A DNA stretch of 64,000 nt from Candidatus Dormiibacterota bacterium (GTDB lineage Bacteria > Chloroflexota > Dormibacteria > Aeolococcales > Bog-877), in contig OY969577.1 in assembly GCA_963701235.1 (NCBI GenBank), positions 1,573,363 through 1,637,362 of the forward strand, read 5' to 3'. The notes under the pieces were generated by a model. It was not told the origin of the DNA and searched no databases. It saw only the letters and a program-made list of their open reading frames with translations. The first letter of the stretch is position 1. Every line of letters begins with the position of its first letter. This document shows, one piece after another, positions 20,701-29,613 of the stretch. Both the position numbers and the translations under genes were made by a program.

Positions 20701-21326
20701 TGACTCTGGGTCTGGATCCGGGAAGCGGTGTTGACCAGGTCACCCGCCACCATCCCCTGGCCTCTGGCTCCAAGATTGACTGCGGCCGTTCCGGTCAGCA
20801 CCCCGGCCCGGGCTGCCAGCCCAGGCGCCTTGACCTCCTCGCCCAGGGCGGCGACCGCTTCCACCAGGTCCAGCGCCGCCCGGACTGCCCGCTCGGCGTC
20901 ATCCTCCTGGGCCACCGGGGCTCCCCAGACCGCCATCACCGCGTCCCCGATGAATTTCTCAACTGTGCCGCCGTAGCGCTCGACCAACTCCCGGCAGACG
21001 TCGAAGTAACGGCTGAGCAGCTCTCGCACCTCTTCGGGGTCCCTCGACTCCGAGAGGGTGGTGAATCCCACCAAGTCCGCGAACAAGACCGACACCACTC
21101 GCAATTCGACCGTGTTGACGGCATCTGGCGGCGGCGAAGAGTAGGGCGCCGCCGCAGCTGACCCGCGGCCGGTGGCGCCTAGCGCTGCGCCACACTCGCG
21201 GCAAAACTTCTCCGTCGCGCCGTTGGCAAATCCGCAGGCGGCACATACCTGAGCTACCGCCGCGCCGCATTCGCCACAGAACTTGCTGCCCGGGATCGTC
21301 TCCGCCCTGCAGTTCGAGCAGACCAC
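17772..21326 (-). CDS. multidomain protein: tandem zinc ribbons, class III adenylate/guanylate cyclase domain, STAND/AAA ATPase, TPR repeats
   Basis: N-terminus CxxC...CxxC ×2. Cyclase catalytic motifs (VLFADLVGFT, EKFIGDAVMAVWGAP). P-loop (GIAGIGKS). A long C-terminal array of TPR-like helical repeats. No C-terminal LuxR HTH recognised. Confidence 0.8.
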   Translation of the reverse strand: MVCSNCRAETIPGSKFCGECGAAVAQVCAACGFANGATEKFCRECGAALGATGRGSAAAAPYSSPPPDAVNTVELRVVSVLFADLVGFTTLSESRDPEEVRELLSRYFDVCRELVERYGGTVEKFIGDAVMAVWGAPVAQEDDAERAVRAALDLVEAVAALGEEVKAPGLAARAGVLTGTAAVNLGARGQGMVAGDLVNTASRIQTQSQPGTVLVGESTKRVTEAAVAYQDVGTHELKGKAEPVPLYRALRVVAGRGGLLKSERLEAPFVGRDRELRLVKEVFHACTEDKRAHLLQVTGIAGIGKSRLAWEFFKYMDGLQSGYFWHQGRCLAYGQGVTYFALAEMVRGRAGILEAENRESAAAKLQAAVDEYVPDLEDRRFVFPRLAHLIGLEERTAPDKQDLFAAWRLFFERLAEQSPVLMVFEDMQWADPSLLEFIAYLMEWSRAYPLFVVSLVRPDVAATALAASTRNATSVHLEPLTPAAMDKLLTGLVPGLPKPLAERIRGRAEGIPLYAVETVRMLLDRGLLVEEGSAYRPTGQIDTLEVPETLQALIAARLDGMSPEERQLAQDASVLGKTFTLQGLAALSGHSENELGPILSTLVAKEVLSVQADPRSPERGQYGFLQDLVRTVAYETLSKRERRSKHLAVATYLERTRGRDAEEIVEVLASHYLEAWRLDPDEPGAREIKNKAREMLVRAAERAAALAAAEEAELAFVRAAELSESGLEQAALTERAGEMAELRGRPDEAASRYEEASRLFEAADNTRAAARVQARLAGAEWVRGHVEQAIERMQKAYSGLAGGRADPDLALVAAQLGRILALAGRYDEANPVLEEGLELAEHLELREVYSQALSSKAVSLMHSDRLDEAGVLLRRALEVALEDGLTAAAQRAYNNLAVALIAQDRWAESVAMDEQRLELAHRVGDRFWELTVLTGSLGSLINLGRWEEAEVQAETVRNAEEFESLETWTAALLALTTIDVHRGDLAKAKATIESMKSARSSEDWETKGEFAAAMAEVRRAEGSPAEALAAAEEFLATRAELGIGLTQSHVKRLLIKAVEAALDQGDLGRAHELLDTVRQAHSGQVTPWLRAQVARLGARLSTAAGQDDLVEPGFVAAEAGFRDLGAPFDLAVTQTEHAEWLLARGREDKAGPLRDLALGTFQSLQAHPWIERLGTPSARESASA

Positions 21327-21488
21327 CCACGCCTCCTTCAGAGCCCGACGCGCTCCGAATGGTAACGATCGAGGCCCGGGATCACGACACGGGTCCCGAT
21401 CAACGCGGCGACGCTAGCGGATCTTCTCATTGCCCAGCAAGTTGGCTGGGCGGTCCGAGGAACGACCCACTCACGCTTCGGACCAGGG

Positions 21489-21719
21489 TTGAGAGAGGAT
21501 CTGCAAATGGTCTGGGATTTGGGTGCCGCGCCCCCAATCGTGCCCTTGCTGCTGCTGACCGGCGCCGCGGGCTACTTCATTCCCACCTTCATAGCCATGG
21601 ACCGCCACCACCGGCGCGCCGCCGTGTTCGCGGTCAACCTGCTCTTGGGGTGGACCTTGATCGGTTGGTCAGTGGCCCTGGACATGGCACGCTCAGCGCC
21701 GCCGTCCCCGCCGACGTGA
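21489..21719 (+). CDS. superinfection immunity (Imm) family small membrane protein
   Basis: Matches the family signature YFIPTFIA...R.H......AVNLLLGWTLIGWSVAL. Start may be the internal Met (MVWDLG). Confidence 0.55.
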   Translation: MREDLQMVWDLGAAPPIVPLLLLTGAAGYFIPTFIAMDRHHRRAAVFAVNLLLGWTLIGWSVALDMARSAPPSPPT

Positions 21720-21781
21720 TCGGCCCCGGACTCGTCCATTTCAGCGACTTGAATAGCTCGCGTGACAGGCGGGTACCCGCC

Positions 21782-23011
21782 CTAGGCCGGCTTCACCGCC
21801 CGAACGATGGCGCTGAACATGCCGTCCGCCACCGGGTGACTCTCGATCACCTCGACGTCGGAGAAGCCCTGAGCTAGCAGAGCTTGGTGGTACTCGGACC
21901 GCGTCAACGCCCCCGCGATGCACCCGACGTAGCTGCCACGCTCCGCCCGCTCCTCGACCGAGAGCCGGTCCTCGGCGACCACGTCGGTTATCGCGAGCCG
22001 GCCGCCCGGGCGGAGCACTCGGAATGCCTCGCGCAAGACGGCGCTCTTGTCCGGCGATAGGTTGACCACGCAGTTGGAAAGAATCACGTCCACCGCCTCG
22101 GCCGGAAGCGGTACTGACTCGATCTCTCCCTTCAAAAACTCGACGTTGCTGGCGCCAGCCTCGCGTGCATTGGCTGTGGCCAGCTCCAGCATCTCGTCGG
22201 TCATGTCCAGACCGTAGACCTTGCCGCTCGCTCCCACCCGTCGGGCGCTGAGGAGCACGTCGACGCCAGCCCCGGATCCGAGGTGAAGGACGGTCTCGCC
22301 GTCGTGGAGATCCGCCACAGCCGTGGGGTTCCCGCATCCCAGGCTGGCCAGCAGCGCTCCCGCAGGCAAGCCCTCGCGGTCATCGTCGGCATAACTTGAC
22401 GCTCCGAACCCGTCCTCGACAATCGCCGATGCGCAGCAGGAGGCTTCGCGGCAAGAGGCGGTCGCCGCTCCCCCAGCTGCACGGGCTGCGGCTGCGTATT
22501 TGACACGGACTTGTTCTCGTAGAGCGGCCTTGGTGTCGGCCCCCGGCTGGGCGTTCGGCACAAGCTCCGCGAGAAGACCAAGGACTCGCCGATCAATTTC
22601 GTCTCTGATCCTCCGGATCTCCTCGAGAGACCTGCCTTCGGGATCCGCCACCTGCCAGTCCAGGTAGCGTTTGCCGGGGAAGAACGGGCAGGCGTCGCCG
22701 CATCCCATAGTCACCACCACGTCCGAGGCGCGGACCGCCCCGGCGGTCAGTAGCTTGGGAGACTCGCCGCCGAGATCGAGGCCGACCTCGGCCATGGCTC
22801 GTACTACTTCCGGGTTCACCTCGCTGGCAGGCTCAGAACCGGCCGATACGACGTCGAGATTGCCACCCGCGCGGGCGGCCAACAGCGCCGCCGCCATCTG
22901 AGAACGGCCAGCGTTGTGTACGCAGGCGAAGAGCACGCGCGGCACTGATCCCAACGTCGCCACCTCGGCTACCGAAGGCCAGCCATCACTGCGTAGGCTA
23001 CACCTATCCAT
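21782..23011 (-). CDS. fusion: arsenate reductase (LMW-PTP type ArsC) plus arsenite S-adenosylmethionine methyltransferase (ArsM)
   Basis: N-terminal CVHNAGRSQMA P-loop, CGDACP and DP motifs of thioredoxin-coupled ArsC. C-terminal SAM-MTase motif (VLHLGSGAGVD...VYGLDMTDEML) with ArsM-type conserved cysteines (CC, LGCGNP). Confidence 0.65.
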   Translation of the reverse strand: MDRCSLRSDGWPSVAEVATLGSVPRVLFACVHNAGRSQMAAALLAARAGGNLDVVSAGSEPASEVNPEVVRAMAEVGLDLGGESPKLLTAGAVRASDVVVTMGCGDACPFFPGKRYLDWQVADPEGRSLEEIRRIRDEIDRRVLGLLAELVPNAQPGADTKAALREQVRVKYAAAARAAGGAATASCREASCCASAIVEDGFGASSYADDDREGLPAGALLASLGCGNPTAVADLHDGETVLHLGSGAGVDVLLSARRVGASGKVYGLDMTDEMLELATANAREAGASNVEFLKGEIESVPLPAEAVDVILSNCVVNLSPDKSAVLREAFRVLRPGGRLAITDVVAEDRLSVEERAERGSYVGCIAGALTRSEYHQALLAQGFSDVEVIESHPVADGMFSAIVRAVKPA

Positions 23012-23121
23012 CGACGTTGGTCAATGGATAGAACAAGGTGGAGTCAGGTCCTCCGCTCGCACATTCGCACCCTATCCCTGCAGCCGCTGCAGCGGTGGTC
23101 GGTCTCGTGCCCTGGCGGCGT

Positions 23122-23685
23122 TTACAAGCGGCCGCGCGATGGTCGGGCAGCCCGCCCGCCGGTCGGGGCCGTGATGGTCGCCGCCCCCACCGTGACGAGA
23201 ACATCCCAGCTGTTCCGAAGCGAGATGACCAGAAGCAGGATGGTGACAGGGATCAGCTGGCCCAATCCCGATCGAAAGTCGCCCGCCGCCAGCAGCCCTC
23301 CGCTGGCGATGACGCCGAAGAACCCAAGTTCAATCAAGCCGAAACGCAGCAGCAGATGCCAGATGCTGATGGTGCGCTGCGTGCTCCGAACACCCGAGAT
23401 CAGGCTCGGTACCGTCAGCAAACAGGTGGCGGTCCCCAACCCGATGAGGGCGGCGCCAGTCGAGATGGCACTCTGGCCGGGTATCAGCATGAACAGGGCC
23501 AGCACCAGGGTTGCCGCGAAGCCGCTCAGGGTGACCCTCGCCAGACCCTGGACGTCGGGCCGCGATACCACCACTCGCAGGTGCAGGGCTAGACCCACGA
23601 AGAGAAGTCCGACGAGCCCCGCAGCCGCCTGGCCGGTGGTCGAGTAAAACGAGTGCCAGCTCTGAAGCGTCGCTTGGTAGGTCAA
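23122..23685 (-). CDS. hypothetical integral membrane protein
   Basis: Five to six TM helices. 4-nt overlap with the upstream DUF1801 gene. Confidence 0.4.
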   Translation of the reverse strand: MTYQATLQSWHSFYSTTGQAAAGLVGLLFVGLALHLRVVVSRPDVQGLARVTLSGFAATLVLALFMLIPGQSAISTGAALIGLGTATCLLTVPSLISGVRSTQRTISIWHLLLRFGLIELGFFGVIASGGLLAAGDFRSGLGQLIPVTILLLVISLRNSWDVLVTVGAATITAPTGGRAARPSRGRL

Positions 23686-24056
23686 CGCTTTCGAGCCAGT
23701 TTCTCAAGGCCTTCACCACCGCTCGATCTCACACGCTGCTGGATAAGTCTTCGGATCGCAGCTCGAGGCAGCGGTTGATTCAGAGGAAAGCGCAGTGTCG
23801 ACTTAGCCGACATGTTCCCCTCCAGCCCGACACCGCGCGCGTCCTCCAAGCTGAACGAATACAGGCCGATGTGCCGTGCATGCGCTTGGAAGTACGCGAG
23901 ACGACCACGCAGGTAGTAGGCGGGCATCCCGTAGCTGATGCCTTCGTCGGCCTCCGGCGCCGCGGTCCGAATGGTCTCCCGGAGCTCCTTCAGCATCGGC
24001 CGCGCAGCGTCAGATGCGGCTGCGATGTACTCGTCAATACTGCTGGGAGCACTCAC
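23682..24056 (-). CDS. DUF1801 (YdhG-like) domain protein
   Basis: IDEYIAAASDAARPMLKELRE...GMPAYYL pattern. Paralog of 5462-5839. Confidence 0.5.
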   Translation of the reverse strand: MSAPSSIDEYIAAASDAARPMLKELRETIRTAAPEADEGISYGMPAYYLRGRLAYFQAHARHIGLYSFSLEDARGVGLEGNMSAKSTLRFPLNQPLPRAAIRRLIQQRVRSSGGEGLEKLARKR

Positions 24057-24172
24057 GGCCCTCGAGCTTAACGCTCCCGTCGCTCGGACCCGGGCCTAGA
24101 GGGCAGAAACGACGGGTCTGGGGCGGGACGCTCCGACTATAAGCCGCGCACAGTCAGCGCCAATGCGCCTCT

Positions 24173-26282
24173 CTAGGTGCCCGCGGCGGCGAGGGGTCGC
24201 AGAGAAGCGGCAACAATGCCGTCCACATCCACCGGGCGTCCATACCAGTAGCCCTGGGCGAAGGCTACGCCGCCAAGCGAATTTAGGGTAGTCGCCTCGG
24301 CGCGGGTTTCCACGCCCTCGGCGATCAACTCGCTGCCGGTAACCCGCGCGAAGTGTGCTAACGCGACGATCATGGCCTGTCGAGCGGGATCCGAGTTCAC
24401 CCTACGGATGAGACCGATATCCACCTTGATGAAGTCAGGCTGGAGTTCCACGATGTGCTGGAAATTCGCGGTGCCGGCCCCCGCGTCGTCGACCGCGACT
24501 CGGACCGCCCCGAGTTGCTGGAGCGCGATTCGGATCGCCGCATAGTCGGTTATCACGTCGTGCTCAGTGATTTCCAGGACGAGGGGGCGATCGGACTGGT
24601 TCAGGATGGTCCGCACCCTGTCAGCCTGACTCAGGATTAGGGGTGAGGCGTTGACATTCAGCCAGAGGCCCGGGGGCAGGCCTCGGCCCACTCGGATCGC
24701 CAGCTCCAATGTGGCAAATTCAAGCTCCGCGCCCAGGCCCACGCTCCAAGCGGTGGAGAATTGGGTGTCGGGGGACTCCATCGCTGAACCGGGTCAGCGC
24801 CTCGTAGCCCACAACCTGGTGGGTCCTTACGTCGACAATGGGTTGGAAGACCGGCCGAAACGCCGTTGTGTCGATGATCGTCTGAATTCTGGCGTGGTGC
24901 TCAGCAGCGAGCTGTTCCGCATTCAGGTCGAGGGCCAGGAGGGTGCTGGCGGCAGAGCCAAACTCAGCGATTGCGGACAGGTTCTCGATAGTCGCCTCGG
25001 CCTTGGCGGGATTGACAGAGCCCACCAGAAGCACACCCAGGGTGTGCTGTCCATAGCAGATTGGTGCGTACGCCACGCTCTGCACATTTGCTTGTGTGAG
25101 CGTCTCTCCATAGGACCCGTCCTCAACTCGCTTCCTCCAGCGCTCCGCCCACGGCCCCTCGGCAGCACGCTCGATGAGGTAAGAGGCCCGCACGGCAGGC
25201 AGGTTGTCCCCGGCCGACACCGGGAAGCTCTCTCGAGCTGTGACGGCGAGCACGGTCGCGCCCCCAAGGGAAGTGAACACGATCAGCACAGAAAAGTCCG
25301 CCCCGTCCAAGCCGCAGAGTTCCCCGCAAATCGCCTTGGCCGTCTCCTCGGTAGTCTCTCCGGGCCGCAGCCGAGCGATCGCGCCCGCCACCTCCGCCCG
25401 GTCTCGGAGTTTTTGTTCCAGCTCCCAGTGGGCGGCCCGATCCTGGGTGACGTCCTGGCCCAGGATGACTGCACCGAGCGTGGCACCGGCGCGGTCCCGA
25501 AGCAAGATGGCGCTAACCACAACCGCTCGCCGAGTGCCTGACTGGGTCACGACTTCGGAGGCCACCGGGTGCTCTAAATCGCTGACCAGGAATCCTTCCG
25601 GCAGCGGCTGGCCGGGGGCAAGCCTGGTGCCAACTGGCAACAGATCGCAGACGGGACGCCCGATCAGATCGGCGTCAGCCCGGCCGCTCAGGGCGCACAG
25701 CGCCGGGTTTGCGTACGAGATGCATCCCTCTGTGTCGACGGTGGCCACGAATAGGTCGAAGCGCGTCAGCGTCTGACTGAACTGACCTTTAACCAACTCG
25801 CGTTGGCTGGCGCTGCGAAGGACCCCAAGAATCCTTCCGTCCTCAAGGCGGCGCTGCTCGATCTCAACGGCAATTGTTGTTCCGGTCTTGTGGCGGTAGC
25901 GGATCTGGGAGATCAACGAGGGATGGGCAGTGGATGCGGCCATGCGCTGGCGCTGGGCCTCCCGATCCTCGGGGGCAACCAGCATAGACAGAGGGGCACC
26001 AATCAGCTCGGAACGCGCGTAGCCCGTCAGCAACGAGGCACTGACGTTGACGTCAACGATCCGATGGGTCCGTGAGTCCGCAAGAAAGATCGAGTCTTTG
26101 GTTCGATCATCGGGGCTGCCCGCGCGGGTTGCTCCGTTCTCGGAGAGTCTGCGGGCCGACCTGTGGGCTGTCGCCAGGGTTCGCGGAGCCTTGCCGCGAG
26201 GCGCCCTACCCGGGTGGATCCGATCGGACGAAGCCGTGCCGCCCGACTTTTGGGGGCCCGGCAGCCGGCTTGAGCTGCCCAT
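24173..26282 (-). pseudogene. PAS/GAF sensor protein with C-terminal EAL (c-di-GMP phosphodiesterase) domain, interrupted by a frameshift
   Basis: ORF 24720-26282 has PAS/GAF regions and the start of an EAL domain (FQPIVDVRTHQVVGYEALTRF). The EAL domain continues in another frame in ORF 24173-24781 (PDTQFSTAWSVGLGAELE...EITEHD...DDAGAG...GYWYGRP). The frames switch near 24,750-24,790. Confidence 0.55.
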
Positions 26283-26546
26283 TGATCGAGCCTAGCCGCC
26301 TCACCCTCGGCGGGACATGACCAAGCCATCACGGTCCCATCTCAGTATCGGAAGCCATCCAAGGCCCTCGGCGGGCAGCCCAGCGGCGTTTGCCTGAACT
26401 ATCGCCCCGAGCCGCCCCACGATTTCGGCCTGGGATTAGCATGGACCCACTGTGTGAGCTGCCTAATCGAGCGGAGACCGGGACGCCCGGGGGCGCGGGC
26501 CATCCGGACCTTGCCCGCCGACCGGAGTCACAAAGAGGGACAGCAC

Positions 26547-26687
26547 CCGATGAGGCTCAGTACTCGGGTCGCGCTGCTGGTCGCCGGGGCGGCCATCGGT
26601 CGACGCCGCATCAGGCGGTTCCTCGCCCTGGTGGTGGTGGTCGTGGTGGTATTTATCCTGGTCCGGGTTAGCGGATTCACCCTTTAG
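26547..26687 (+). CDS. putative small hydrophobic peptide (46 aa)
   Basis: ATG preceded by AAAGAGGGA Shine-Dalgarno. Product MRLSTRVALLVAGAAIGRRRIRRFLALVVVVVVVFILVRVSGFTL. High GC3. Confidence 0.25.
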   Translation, partial: PMRLSTRVALLVAGAAIGRRRIRRFLALVVVVVVVFILVRVSGFTL

Positions 26688-26915
26688 CGTGTCGGGCACT
26701 TGTCTGGCTGAGGGAGTCGCCTGAAGTACATCGTCCTAACGGGTCTGTACTGCACCGCGGCCTGAGCCGTCTCCTCCCGCCCGATAGTCACCCTAAGAGG
26801 TGATGCAAAGGAACGACAGCGACTGGTACGCTCTTACACGTCTGCAGGGGTAGGAGAGAGGATTCGGGCCCAGCTTTCCCAGACTCAGTCGGCCAGAGGT
26901 CGGAGGGTCGAAGAG

Positions 26916-28751
26916 ATGGTATTTAGGTCACGCGGCTCTATCGAAAGGCTAGCTGCTGCCGGCGCGGCGGCCCTCCTGCTCGCGATGGCTTTGGGTGGCA
27001 ATCCCACTGTGGCACGGGCCAGCGGCGGCTCCGGTGGGACAGCGACTTTTGCACTGCCTCCCAGCGAGACGCCAAATGACGTCTTTCCGTTCGTCAGCGG
27101 CAATCTAGGTAATAACGTCGATTTCCTGCAGTTCTCGCCGTTGCTATATCGGCCACTGTACTGGTACGGGATTAACGGGATGCCTACGATCAACTACCAG
27201 CAGAGCCTTGGCGAACCTCCACGGTTCAGCAACGGCGGGAAGACCGCCACGGTCACCCTTAACCGAAAGTTCACTTGGTCAGACGGACGCCCCGTCACCA
27301 ACAGGGACGTGGAATTGTGGATGAACATCCTCACCACGGAGAAGTCGAACTACTTTGGTTACGCGGTAGGGAGCATTCCCGACGACGTCACATCGATGAG
27401 TTTCCCCGCGAACACTCCCTACCAGTTCAGTCTCACTTTCAACAAGGCTTACAGTCACCTTTGGCTCCTCTACAACCAGCTCAGTGAGATCGTCCCGCTG
27501 CCGTCCCAGCTCATGGATCGCACATCTGCCTCCGGCCCGGTTGGTAACTACGACACCACTGCGTCTGGCGTGATTGCCGTCTACAACTACCTCAATTCCC
27601 AGGCCCAGGATCTCGCCACCTACGCGACCAATCCGCTTTGGAAGGTCGTCGACGGACCTTGGCTGATCGACTCCTACAGTTCAACCACTGGAGAGGCTAG
27701 CTTCGTTCCCAACGACAAGTACACCGGCCCGGGCAAGCCGAAACTTGCGAAGTTTGAGGAGCTACCCTTCACCAGCGATGCAGCGGAATTCGACGCGCTG
27801 CGTGCCGGTGAGGTCGACTACGGGTACCTGCCCGCGGAGGATCTCTCGCAGGAGAGCTACTTCACCAAGCGCGGATACAAGGTGGTGAAGTGGGTCGACT
27901 TCGGCTTCAACGGTGCGTTCTACAATTTCACCAATCCCAAGACCGGTCCGATATTCAAGCAGCTGTATATTCGCCAGGCCTTCCAGAAGTTGGTCAACCA
28001 GCCGCAGATCGTCAAGGACGTCTATCACGGTCTGGCACTTGCCCAGTACGGTCCAATTCCGTCGATTCCAGTCAATCCCTACTCATCTAAGAAGGTTGCG
28101 GATAACCCCTACCCCTTCAGCGTCGCCGGCGCCAAGAACTTGCTCTCAAGCCACGGCTGGACGGTTCACCCGGGCGGGATCGACGTTTGCTCCAAGCCCG
28201 GCGCAGGTTCTGGGCAGTGCGGAGCCGGAATCGCCAAGGGCGCGCAGTTGAACTTCAGCTTCGAAGTAGCGAGTGGGTCTCCCCCGTTTCTCGCCGAGGT
28301 TGAATCCATGCAATCCGACTGGTCCGACGCCGGCATCCATGTGACTCTGTTGCAGCACCCCCCTGATGAGATCTACGCGACCGCCATCCCCTGCGTCAAT
28401 GGCGGTCCTGGCTGCTCCTGGGACATGGCCGATGGCGGAGCACCTGGATTCACGGCCACCTACTCACCCGAGTACCTGCCGATCGGAACGCAATGGTTTG
28501 CCAGCAATGGGGGGACCAACGCTGGGGGGTACGACAGTCCGGAGATGGATTCTCTTATCGACACGGCAGGCACCGACTCTTCGCCTACGGCCATCCAAGC
28601 CATCGGTGTGTACGGCGCTGAGAACTTGCCTAACCTTTGGGAACCGAACTATCCCTACCAGCTCTCGGTGATCAGCCCCAAGCTCCACGGCGCGCTGCCA
28701 CAGGACCCCAATCTCAACCTGTATCCGCAGAACTGGACGCTGAGTTCGTAG
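26916..28751 (+). CDS. secreted ABC-transporter solute-binding protein, family 5 (peptide/nickel/oligosaccharide type)
   Basis: Signal peptide, size (611 aa), and scattered SBP_bac_5 landmarks. Lower GC and different codon use than its neighbours. No adjacent permease or ATPase genes. Confidence 0.55.
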   Translation: MVFRSRGSIERLAAAGAAALLLAMALGGNPTVARASGGSGGTATFALPPSETPNDVFPFVSGNLGNNVDFLQFSPLLYRPLYWYGINGMPTINYQQSLGEPPRFSNGGKTATVTLNRKFTWSDGRPVTNRDVELWMNILTTEKSNYFGYAVGSIPDDVTSMSFPANTPYQFSLTFNKAYSHLWLLYNQLSEIVPLPSQLMDRTSASGPVGNYDTTASGVIAVYNYLNSQAQDLATYATNPLWKVVDGPWLIDSYSSTTGEASFVPNDKYTGPGKPKLAKFEELPFTSDAAEFDALRAGEVDYGYLPAEDLSQESYFTKRGYKVVKWVDFGFNGAFYNFTNPKTGPIFKQLYIRQAFQKLVNQPQIVKDVYHGLALAQYGPIPSIPVNPYSSKKVADNPYPFSVAGAKNLLSSHGWTVHPGGIDVCSKPGAGSGQCGAGIAKGAQLNFSFEVASGSPPFLAEVESMQSDWSDAGIHVTLLQHPPDEIYATAIPCVNGGPGCSWDMADGGAPGFTATYSPEYLPIGTQWFASNGGTNAGGYDSPEMDSLIDTAGTDSSPTAIQAIGVYGAENLPNLWEPNYPYQLSVISPKLHGALPQDPNLNLYPQNWTLSS

Positions 28752-28816
28752 TCACCTAGGCGCCGGCGCTCGTTTCCGAAGTTTCGATGCAACCCCTAGG
28801 CCAGCGCGGCTAGAAC

Positions 28817-29362
28817 CTAGACGTTGGCGGCGAAGGCCTGCCGGAGCCAGTCCACCACTGCTTCGTCGACGTCCGTCACGGCGGTCAGCGCGATCCGGGC
28901 GTTGACGTAGTCGTTGCCGAGGCCGGGTGCAGTCAGCAGCCGCCCTTTGGGGAGGGCGCCGGGGAGGCGCAGTCCCAGGTCGAGCCGGTCGCGCGTCGAC
29001 GCCCGAATTAATGCGAACGTCCGCCTCGGAGTCAGCAGAGTGATGTAAGTCTTGCGTGGCTGCACTTCGACCTCGCCCACCTGTACCGCGCGTGCTAGCA
29101 GCTCGTCGAGGATGGGTCGGAGCTTCGGCCGGTCAGCGTACTGGCCGTCGATGAGCTCGCCGCTCGTGGCGAGGAGGAAGTCGGGATATCCGAAGCGCTC
29201 CCACACGATCAGCATTTGCGGATATCCGGTGACGCCCTGCTCGTTGAGCCAGGTTCGCAGGCGCTGTTGGTCAATGTCGCCGAGGGCGCCGACTCGAGAC
29301 ATCCACGGGGCGAGCCCTTCGCCGGTGCGGCGCTCGAGGCTCTTCTCGATTCTCTCCCGCAT
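28817..29362 (-). CDS. DUF4287/DUF5655 domain protein
   Basis: Start taken at MRERIEKSLERRTGEGLAPWM (DUF4287-like). The C-terminal part resembles DUF5655. The track ORF extends further upstream across integrase-remnant DNA, which is probably not coding. Confidence 0.5.
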   Translation of the reverse strand: MRERIEKSLERRTGEGLAPWMSRVGALGDIDQQRLRTWLNEQGVTGYPQMLIVWERFGYPDFLLATSGELIDGQYADRPKLRPILDELLARAVQVGEVEVQPRKTYITLLTPRRTFALIRASTRDRLDLGLRLPGALPKGRLLTAPGLGNDYVNARIALTAVTDVDEAVVDWLRQAFAANV

Positions 29363-29439
29363 CTGAGCCCATGAGCGTGGTGGAACCGGCGGCGGCGCGT
29401 CGCTCGCGGCGGACTCCGGCACGTCTCGCAGTATGCCTA

Positions 29440-29520
29440 AGCGCCCAGCGGACCGGGGCGGGGCGGCGCCAGCTACGCGAGACCAGTGACCGCTTGGGTG
29501 AACTGTTGCGCCGACCGGCC
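29440..29520 (+). pseudogene. short 3' remnant of a tyrosine-recombinase gene (second family)
   Basis: Encodes ...RQLRETSDRLGELLRRPA. The last 12 aa are identical, with a nearly identical nucleotide sequence, to the C-terminus of the integrase remnant at 33150-33497. Confidence 0.35.
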
Positions 29521-29564
29521 GCACCGGCCAACTGGCGCTTCACTGGGTGGGTGGGTCCGCGCCC

Positions 29565-29610
29565 CTTGTCAAGTTATATTGACAAGGTCTGTTCGTCAAG
29601 ATATATTGAC
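29565..29610. promoter_or_regulatory. two adjacent palindromic operator-like sites in an AT-rich promoter region
   Basis: CTTGTCAAGTTATATTGACAAG (29565-29586) and GTCAAGATATATTGAC (29595-29610) are perfect inverted repeats built on a TTGACAA half-site. The second ends 3 nt before the ATG at 29614. Confidence 0.5.
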
Positions 29611-29613
29611 AAC

